From the NCBI GenBank assembly GCA_038890745.1, contig JAWAFD010000001.1, positions 32,001 through 96,000 of the forward strand: a stretch of DNA of 64,000 nucleotides, in the 5' to 3' direction. The translations under genes and the position numbers were made by a program. Below, piece by piece: positions 56,985 to 64,000 of the stretch. The notes below the pieces were generated by a model. That model ran no database searches. It was not told the origin of the DNA and worked only from the letters and a program-made list of their open reading frames with translations. How positions within the stretch are numbered: the first letter of the stretch is position 1; each line of letters begins with the position of its first letter. This stretch comes from Candidatus Anstonellales archaeon (GTDB taxonomy: Archaea > Micrarchaeota > Micrarchaeia > Anstonellales > J096).

Positions 56985-58190
56985 ATGATGAAAAAAATAT
57001 GCGCGGTTGTTTTATTTTTTATTTGCGTTTTCTCAGTTGGGGTTTGGGAGGGAACCTTTGAAAAAAGATGGGTTGTGAACACGACCCCTAACTCAGAGAA
57101 ACTGATCCTGAAAGGTGTTTTTATTGCAGACTCTCCATATCAGAATATAACGATTGTTGAAACAAGCATCGCAACGGACACGAAAAAAGAAAATGAGAAT
57201 TATTACGTAGTTTATGAAAGAGACTACCCGGAAAGAGAAAATCTTGTGTACGCAAAAGCAAGGGTTTTCTCCTGCTACGCGCCGAAGATTAAAGAGGACC
57301 CGTTGCTCACCGGCCAGCCGATTTTTTCTGAGAATGAAAAAACAATGTACAATGAATTCATAAAGGCAAAGGCGGATGGACTAAAAAAAGAAACCGTTCT
57401 CGAAACAATGGTCGCGCTGAATGATTTCGTGCACGAGTATGTAAATTACAATGAATCCGCTGCAGAAGAGAACAGCGCGATAGAGGTGTACGCAAATCCA
57501 CAGGGTGTATGTGTGGAGTACGCGCACCTTCTCATGGCCATGCTTAATGCTGTTGGGATAGAAAATAGAATGGTATATGGATATGCATACTCAAAAAAAT
57601 GGGAGCCGCATGTTTGGGTTGAGGCGTACATACCTGGGTATGGTTGGATGGATGTTGACCCAACATATGGGCAGGTTGGTTTTCTAGATGGAAGAAGGAT
57701 TGCAATGAACATAAACACAAAAAAGGAACGAATATATGATTATGTTCAGCTGAAGAATGGGGAGGTTGATTTTGAATACTCCCTTTACACAAACCCAGAA
57801 CATGAAGGGGATTTTGACCTTGTTACTATCAACATCTCGTACAACTGGCCGTACTTTATAGTTAGTGTGGAAAACAAAAACGATTTTTATGTATTTGGGG
57901 CTTACGAAATAAACTTCCCGGCAAACATAAGCGATTCTGAGAGAAAGACTATTATTTTAAGGCCGCGCGAGGCCGCTGTTTTTAAATATAGAATAAATGA
58001 GGGGGAGCTAAGCGATGGGTATGTGTATTTTGTGGATATAAAGGCAAGGTTTGTGGATGATGTAGAAGAGAAAAGGTTTGAGATAAGAAAGCCGGCTGTT
58101 GTTGTTGAAAAACACAACAAAGAAAAGGAGTGGTGGGAAATAATAATAGAGGAGATAATGAAACTATTCGGTCTCTATTCTGGGAGCTAA
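56985..58190 (+). CDS. Exported transglutaminase-like protein
   Basis: Signal peptide; GVCVEYA...HVWVEAY...GWMDVDPT catalytic triad. Confidence 0.9.
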   Translation: MMKKICAVVLFFICVFSVGVWEGTFEKRWVVNTTPNSEKLILKGVFIADSPYQNITIVETSIATDTKKENENYYVVYERDYPERENLVYAKARVFSCYAPKIKEDPLLTGQPIFSENEKTMYNEFIKAKADGLKKETVLETMVALNDFVHEYVNYNESAAEENSAIEVYANPQGVCVEYAHLLMAMLNAVGIENRMVYGYAYSKKWEPHVWVEAYIPGYGWMDVDPTYGQVGFLDGRRIAMNINTKKERIYDYVQLKNGEVDFEYSLYTNPEHEGDFDLVTINISYNWPYFIVSVENKNDFYVFGAYEINFPANISDSERKTIILRPREAAVFKYRINEGELSDGYVYFVDIKARFVDDVEEKRFEIRKPAVVVEKHNKEKEWWEIIIEEIMKLFGLYSGS

Positions 58191-58904
58191 ATAGTATTTT
58201 GCTAGCGCGCCCTCTACATTGTATTCTAATCTTAGAGGTCTGTCTGTTTCTAAATAAAGCGTAACAATGTCTGAGCCTTTCGCAGCTTTTAGTATATCCT
58301 CCAAATACTGAAGCGGAAAGGATGCTTTTGCCCCATTCTCAACATCCATTCCAGCAACTCCTTCATCATCCTTTTCTATATGCGATTTAAGCTCGCCGTT
58401 CTCGCTTTTTACCTCAGCATCCAATCCATCAGGGGTAAGAATAAACCTGATGTGGCTGGAAATGAGCTTTGCATCGTTTATTATCTCATTCAATGCTTCT
58501 GCTGTAAGTTTAATGCTGTTGTTGTATTCTATGGATGGTTCTTTTGAAACCCCTTCGCTCAAGTCAAGGAGAGGAATCTTGAATGTTTTTTTTCTTTTCC
58601 CATCCTCAAACGTAACAACAAGCCTATTCTCTTCTGTTTCGAGGGTAAGTTTTTCCTCTGCCTTTCCTCGCTTCAGGATTTTCTTGAAGTAGTCTATATC
58701 CAGTCCAAGCACCTCATTTTCGCTCTCGTATTCTAAAAAGATGTTTTTCGGCATGTTGAATATAACCATCGAAATCTGGCTTGGGTCCATTGCAATTAAG
58801 GAAAGCCCATCTTTCTTTGCCTTAAACTGGCCTTCGTCAACAAGGTTTCCGACCGCATCCACCGCTCTTGCAAAACCAGCCGCGCTAGAATAGCATAATC
58901 TCAT
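58164..58904 (-). CDS. pcn: DNA polymerase sliding clamp PCNA
   Basis: AMDPSQISMV, FKIPLLD, PLRLEY and YYLAPRIE. Confidence 0.95.
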   Translation of the reverse strand: MRLCYSSAAGFARAVDAVGNLVDEGQFKAKKDGLSLIAMDPSQISMVIFNMPKNIFLEYESENEVLGLDIDYFKKILKRGKAEEKLTLETEENRLVVTFEDGKRKKTFKIPLLDLSEGVSKEPSIEYNNSIKLTAEALNEIINDAKLISSHIRFILTPDGLDAEVKSENGELKSHIEKDDEGVAGMDVENGAKASFPLQYLEDILKAAKGSDIVTLYLETDRPLRLEYNVEGALAKYYLAPRIETE

Positions 58905-58964
58905 TTTCTCACCCTTTTTTGGAAATTGATTGAATGTTTTTAAAAAGGTTTGGATGATGGCCAA

Positions 58965-58980
58965 TGTAACTATAGTTACA
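58965..58980. promoter_or_regulatory. Palindrome TGTAACTATAGTTACA (copy 3) between divergent promoters
   Basis: Lies between TATA-like TTTTTAAAAA (58937) and TTTTAAAAA (58990). Confidence 0.65.
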
Positions 58981-59018
58981 ATGAATACATTTTAAAAATT
59001 CTTCTACGAATAAAATAC

Positions 59019-62000
59019 ATGAAAAAATTTCTTTTGTTTTTGCTCGTTTTGGGGTTGGCGTTTTCTTTGGAAGTTGAGTGGGAAGTTGAAAAGATACCTG
59101 ATTATGTAAGCAAACCTTGGAATGGATATTGGAGTAATGCATACTACAAAAATGGTATGTTGAGTACAGAGATGCATCCCTCTCTTGTTTCTCTAAACCT
59201 TGACACGATATCTGCATCCGACACCGACGTATTACAAAAAATAAGCTATGCAAAACAGCAGTACGCAATCGCAAACACAAAAAAACAACAATGCGAGTAT
59301 TATTTTGTTTTTAAAAACGGCGGGATAGAATTCGGCAAGGATATTTTGGCTAGAGTTTATAATACTGCAAGCAATGCGTATTACGATGCAATGAAGGAGA
59401 ATAAAAGTGACCTCACTGCATTCTCTTGCATGGTATGCATAAACCTCGGGTTGTGCAATACGCCGCAAACATTAATATTATACTCTGCTTGCGGGGTGTA
59501 TGTTGCTTTTGATATCCTGAGTTCTTATCACGCATGCGAAGAGTACGGTACTTATTGGAAGGGAACCATGACCTCTTCTGCCGAAGCATTAGAATTGAGC
59601 GCAAAAAAGGCAAACGAAAAATATGCTATTCTTAAGGAAGCGTATGAAAATCTAACATGGGCTGGGATGTGCAACGCAAACTACACATGGAGCGGGAATC
59701 AGGAATGTAATAAAGTTGCGCAGGCCTTACAGGAGGTTGAGGCTGGAAGCCTATCCTCATTGGGGGAGCATGAAGGGATTAGGAGAATGATTATTGGGTA
59801 TGATAAAGCTATGCGTAGCACAGGGCTGATAGACACCTCAAACTACTCAATAATTATGAATAAGATATGGAATGTTGCGATCCCATACGCTAAAAGTGAA
59901 ACAGAGGAATGCGCTAAGAGTATGAAAAACGCGATGGGTGAATACGAAGGAGCGAAAGCAGAAACAGAGAGCAAAAAGGCTGCCGCAAAGGAAGCGGTTG
60001 AGAAGTGTGAGGATGAAAAGCTGAAGGAGATGGAAATAACCATCCGTGGTGGGGAGATGGGAATAGGCTCAACAGAAGGAATAGCAAGGGATTGCGAATC
60101 TGCTGAGAAATACTATGCGACTGCTGAAACCCAGTGCAAACTTTCAGCAACAGCGTACGACAGTAAAGGAGAGGACTGGCTTCTCCTCGCTTTTCAGTAT
60201 GAAAAAGGATGTTATGAAAATTTTGAAAGAGCAGAAGAAATGGCAACAAATGCGCACAACACTGCAAAGGCAACCGTTATTCATCTTAGGGAAACCGCAT
60301 CTAAGGCGATTGCATCTGCGGAGGGAAAAGCAGACCCAGCCATACTCCAACAGGCAAAGAAAGAGTTTGATGCTGGTGATGCTGCATCGACATTAGGGGA
60401 GAAAGCATACCATTACAACAAGGCATGGCAACTTGCGAACGCTGCCATTGCTGTATTCGCCCCTCAAAATGTAACAAACCCACAGATGGAAGAGCAGTTC
60501 AACATTCTTAAAGCAGAGGTTGAGGGGATGCTTTCAAGGGCAGAGGCTGATGGGATAGATGTAACAACTGAAAGAAGCCTTTACGAATATTATGTTTCCC
60601 TTGGGCCAACAGAACAGGCGATGAGCGGGTTGAGAAGGATAATGGATATGATAGTGAACAAAGCAATGATTGCGTATGGGGATTTAGACTATCTCCGTAA
60701 GGAGATATACGAGCGCATAAAAGAAGCAAACGGGGCTTTTGATTATCTTCTTCCAGAACTAAACGCAATAGAGGCAGGATACATCAAGGATGGGAAGATT
60801 GATTTTGTAGCAGCTCTTGGCCATCTTGCTGTAATGAAAGAGGGCTACCTAAGTATTTTGGAGGAGATGGAGAACCAGAAGGAAGAGGCATACTCTGGAA
60901 GCATAATATGGACGTACTCAAAGGATTTTGAACCGGCACGTTTGGATGAAGAAAGCCATATCATAATGTATATATACGCTACAAACCCAAACGCATTCAA
61001 AGTTGCCGGTGGGGAGAAAGTATTCGATTTCCCATTTGAGGTAATGCAAAGCGAAGTAAGCGGCGAGCTTGTTGGGATTATCTCTGATGGCCAAACCCTT
61101 ACCCTCTACCCAAAAGACTTCGAACCATTCGAATCAAGAACATACACTGTAAGCACTTCACAGATAATTGCATCAACAACAAACCAAGAGGTTTACGCTG
61201 TTGGGTATGATGGAAAGGCGGATGTAACCGATAGCCGGCTTGTGGAGTTCTTAGGGCCAAGCCAGGGGCTTTACCTTCCAGATGAATGGGAAGGTGTAAG
61301 CATTGCCGGGCAAACCTATGACGCAAAATCAGGATTCATAAACAAAAAATTCAATGCTGATTTCTATGAAATAGAAGGAAAGTACACTATTCTGGACGCA
61401 TACGATTGGGAGGAGAAAAACCACAACAGCATTACAATAGGAACGACAACTACGCTTAGTTATGATATAGAGATAGACTCAAATATACATATGGATGAAA
61501 TGAAGTTTGCGGTTGATGGAGAGAAGGTAAGCGCATACGCAGATGGAGGCGCGTCCGTTAAAGTTGTTGGGAAGGAAATTTTTGTATACGATGTTCCTAA
61601 AGGGAGCGTAACAGTCCATGTAAAATATGAGATCAGCAATGCTAACGAGTATATAAATCAGAAGATAAAACAACTTAACAACGAAATTGATGGTGGGAAA
61701 TGCCCGGATGCATGGCAGGCTCTGAATGACGCAACCCTCGCCTTCCAGAGGGGGGATATAAACACAGCAATGGAGAAACTGAAGGAGGCTGAAGCGCTTT
61801 GGGAGAAATATTTAAGAGAAGCATCCAAGGCAGAAGGAGAGTATGAAAAGTATCTTGCTTATGTAAATGAGCAGCTTGAGCAGATAAAGAAGGCACTTGC
61901 AAGAGCAGATGAGCTTGGATTGGAAGGGGGTTTTGTGGATAGCCTTAGAGAGAGGAAAAATAGTATAGAAAATTTCTTGGCCGGGCTTGAAAATTTGGGT

Positions 62001-62918
62001 TTGGAAGAAAAAGTTGCTCGGTTAAAAGAATTTGATAGGAATTGGTTGGAAAAAGAAGCCGGTAAGTTCCTGAAAGATGCATTCAATGAAGTTGGGAAAA
62101 CTAAAAAGGAGTACTACGCGCTTGGTGTTGTTGACTCTTTGCTTGAGGGGTATTTCAATGAATTTGAAGCAAATTACAAGAAAGCAAGGGCAAGTGAAGG
62201 GGATTACACACCACATGTTAATACCTATGCGAGCTTGCTTAAAATACAAAATGCTTTTGCTCAGACAACGGCGAGTAAGGATGGGAAATTAAAAGAAGCG
62301 CTCTCTCAATTTGAGGGACTAAAGGAAGAAGTCAACGCACTTATAGCGAAATATACAAACGAGTATAATGATGGTAAAAAAACACCATACGAAACACTGT
62401 TCCAGTTCTTACCAAACTACTACTCTGAGAAGCTTTCAGGATTAGAAAAGGAGGTTAAAAAGACGAATAAGCCAGAGGAGATACTAAAAAGAGTTGAAAA
62501 ATTAAAAGGATTAAAGGAGGAGCTTGAGAAAAAGATGGATGTTTTAAGAAAAAGTGCTGAAGAGATGCTTCAAACTGTAGAAATAGAATACGCAAAAGCA
62601 AAACCAAATTTAGATGAAAAAACAAAGCAAAGCATAGAGGGCGCGATAGAAACAATAAAACAAAACATCGCAAACGGAAGGTATGTAAGCGCGATGAACA
62701 CTGCAAATAATGTTTTGATTACTTTAGGAAAAGTAAAGGGTGGTGGGATTAATTTTGTTCTTTGGTTTGGTGTTCTGCTTCTCATTCTCGCTGGTATTTT
62801 CTACTACCTCCGCTCTGGTGGAAAGATCAAGCTCGGTGGTTTTGGTGGGGTTGGTGGATTGTTTAAGGAGGAGAAAAAGGAGGCGAAACCGCTCAAAAAA
62901 CTAGAGAGGGTTAAATGA
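59019..62918 (+). CDS. Very large (~1300 aa) exported, C-terminally anchored coiled-coil surface protein
   Basis: Signal peptide MKKFLLFLLVLGLAFS, Cys-rich N-terminus, long helical regions, beta-rich middle, C-terminal TM segment and basic tail. Confidence 0.8.
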   Translation: MKKFLLFLLVLGLAFSLEVEWEVEKIPDYVSKPWNGYWSNAYYKNGMLSTEMHPSLVSLNLDTISASDTDVLQKISYAKQQYAIANTKKQQCEYYFVFKNGGIEFGKDILARVYNTASNAYYDAMKENKSDLTAFSCMVCINLGLCNTPQTLILYSACGVYVAFDILSSYHACEEYGTYWKGTMTSSAEALELSAKKANEKYAILKEAYENLTWAGMCNANYTWSGNQECNKVAQALQEVEAGSLSSLGEHEGIRRMIIGYDKAMRSTGLIDTSNYSIIMNKIWNVAIPYAKSETEECAKSMKNAMGEYEGAKAETESKKAAAKEAVEKCEDEKLKEMEITIRGGEMGIGSTEGIARDCESAEKYYATAETQCKLSATAYDSKGEDWLLLAFQYEKGCYENFERAEEMATNAHNTAKATVIHLRETASKAIASAEGKADPAILQQAKKEFDAGDAASTLGEKAYHYNKAWQLANAAIAVFAPQNVTNPQMEEQFNILKAEVEGMLSRAEADGIDVTTERSLYEYYVSLGPTEQAMSGLRRIMDMIVNKAMIAYGDLDYLRKEIYERIKEANGAFDYLLPELNAIEAGYIKDGKIDFVAALGHLAVMKEGYLSILEEMENQKEEAYSGSIIWTYSKDFEPARLDEESHIIMYIYATNPNAFKVAGGEKVFDFPFEVMQSEVSGELVGIISDGQTLTLYPKDFEPFESRTYTVSTSQIIASTTNQEVYAVGYDGKADVTDSRLVEFLGPSQGLYLPDEWEGVSIAGQTYDAKSGFINKKFNADFYEIEGKYTILDAYDWEEKNHNSITIGTTTTLSYDIEIDSNIHMDEMKFAVDGEKVSAYADGGASVKVVGKEIFVYDVPKGSVTVHVKYEISNANEYINQKIKQLNNEIDGGKCPDAWQALNDATLAFQRGDINTAMEKLKEAEALWEKYLREASKAEGEYEKYLAYVNEQLEQIKKALARADELGLEGGFVDSLRERKNSIENFLAGLENLGLEEKVARLKEFDRNWLEKEAGKFLKDAFNEVGKTKKEYYALGVVDSLLEGYFNEFEANYKKARASEGDYTPHVNTYASLLKIQNAFAQTTASKDGKLKEALSQFEGLKEEVNALIAKYTNEYNDGKKTPYETLFQFLPNYYSEKLSGLEKEVKKTNKPEEILKRVEKLKGLKEELEKKMDVLRKSAEEMLQTVEIEYAKAKPNLDEKTKQSIEGAIETIKQNIANGRYVSAMNTANNVLITLGKVKGGGINFVLWFGVLLLILAGIFYYLRSGGKIKLGGFGGVGGLFKEEKKEAKPLKKLERVK

Positions 62919-64000
62919 GAAAATCAGAAATGGAGGTTTGCCCCTTCTTTTCTACTTTTTTCTCCATTTTTGGTTTTTTTAGATTAAAGTTTTTTAACAA
63001 AGAGAGCATTTTTTTCTCTTTCCGTACAGCTGACCAGTAGAATGCTTCATCCCTAGTTTTTTTGGTCAAAAGGATGTAGATCTGTCCTTCCTTAATCCTC
63101 CCTACCCTACCCCTACGCTGGATAGCCCTTATCTCGCTTGGGATGGGCTCGTAAAAAATAACAACATCCGCTGAAGGAATGTCAATCCCCTCTTCACCTA
63201 TACTTGAGCACACCAAAATATTGAATTTGTCATTCCTAAAATCCTCAATTATCTGCTCTTGTTGTTTTTTTGTAAACCCTTCCCTCTTCCCAACAAATTT
63301 CTCAGCAGCATAGCCCTTACTCTTCAAAATTGAAAGAAGATAGTTTATCTGGTCTCTGTACTGGACGAATAAAAGTATTTTTTTGTTTTTTAGTTTTTCA
63401 AGAAGTTCTAAAAGAAGGGTTGTTTTTGGATGGTCTTCCTTAGCTATGGAGGCCTCTTGTATGATTTTTGCTGTTTCAGGTCTGCGGAGCAAGATTCTCG
63501 CGGATTTTGATTTTTCGGCCTTTTCCTTCAATTTAGAGATGTAATTCAAGAGCGCAGTAATTCCTTGTGTTTCAAGAAGCTCTGCCATATGGTTTAGATG
63601 GATGATGCAAGTATAATTTAGTAAGAGTTGGAATTTAATTGGGTGGTTTATTTTTATAAGCTCATGCCTTAACAAAAGCAGCTCGCCCTTCTTTTTTAAT
63701 GGAACTGGGATATTGTGTTTTTTAAAAAGAGCAAGGTAATCATCCATCATTTTTTCAATTAGTTTTTTTATTTTCATCTGTGTTTGCGAAAGCTCTGTTT
63801 GAAGCCAGATTATTTTTTTATCCATTACGTACTCCTTAACATCCGCATCTCTTTCTTCCCTTATTTCAACATTTTTTATACCTAAATTCATTACCACTTC
63901 GTTTATACGCTCCTTCTCCCCACCAGGGGAAGCTGTAAGCCCGATGAGAAGGGCGTTTTTGCATTTTTTTGCTATCTTTGTGTATGCGTACTCCCCAACG
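62911..64000 (-). CDS. Hef/FANCM-like SF2 helicase (3' part; runs off the window)
   Basis: GLTASP motif III just upstream of the listed ORF, FVQYRD, SIGEEGIDIP, YEPIPSEIRAIQRRGRVGR and a C-terminal PIP-like QTSISDF. Confidence 0.9.
   Translation of the reverse strand, partial: VGEYAYTKIAKKCKNALLIGLTASPGGEKERINEVVMNLGIKNVEIREERDADVKEYVMDKKIIWLQTELSQTQMKIKKLIEKMMDDYLALFKKHNIPVPLKKKGELLLLRHELIKINHPIKFQLLLNYTCIIHLNHMAELLETQGITALLNYISKLKEKAEKSKSARILLRRPETAKIIQEASIAKEDHPKTTLLLELLEKLKNKKILLFVQYRDQINYLLSILKSKGYAAEKFVGKREGFTKKQQEQIIEDFRNDKFNILVCSSIGEEGIDIPSADVVIFYEPIPSEIRAIQRRGRVGRIKEGQIYILLTKKTRDEAFYWSAVRKEKKMLSLLKNFNLKKPKMEKKVEKKGQTSISDFLI

Overview
Archaeal chromosomal window, most likely DPANN and Micrarchaeota-like. 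That assignment is an inference from FEN1, PCNA, aMBF1, deoxyhypusine synthase, a Hef-type helicase, an archaeal SRP RNA, multi-intron BHB tRNAs and compact AT-rich TATA promoters. Housekeeping genes include pyrE, pyrF, dys, fen, rpiA, an rpe-transketolase-transaldolase operon, purD and pcn. There is also a ~19 kb surface-glycan cluster (WbpA/B/E/D-type set plus 2-epimerase, four GT4s, a flippase and a FemAB-like enzyme) and several Cys-rich or transglutaminase-like exported proteins. Main findings: (1) a tightly coupled operon at 49.9-54.2 kb (VirB2-like pilin, polytopic membrane protein, small membrane protein, VirB4/HerA-type ATPase, coiled-coil/wHTH protein) resembling a Ced/Ted-like DNA-transfer apparatus, followed by a frameshifted ComF-like PRTase and DprA; (2) two tRNAs (Met-CAT, Leu-CAA), each with introns at 37/38 and 59/60, where the Met intron carries a box C'/D'-like guide aimed at its own C34; (3) a wHTH-MNT/HEPN module flanked by a 13-bp duplication of the SRP RNA 3' end; (4) a 16-bp palindrome, TGTAACTATAGTTACA, at three gene boundaries. 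I saw no CRISPR array, rRNA, integrase or transposase. All calls were made by eye from motifs; no searches were run.
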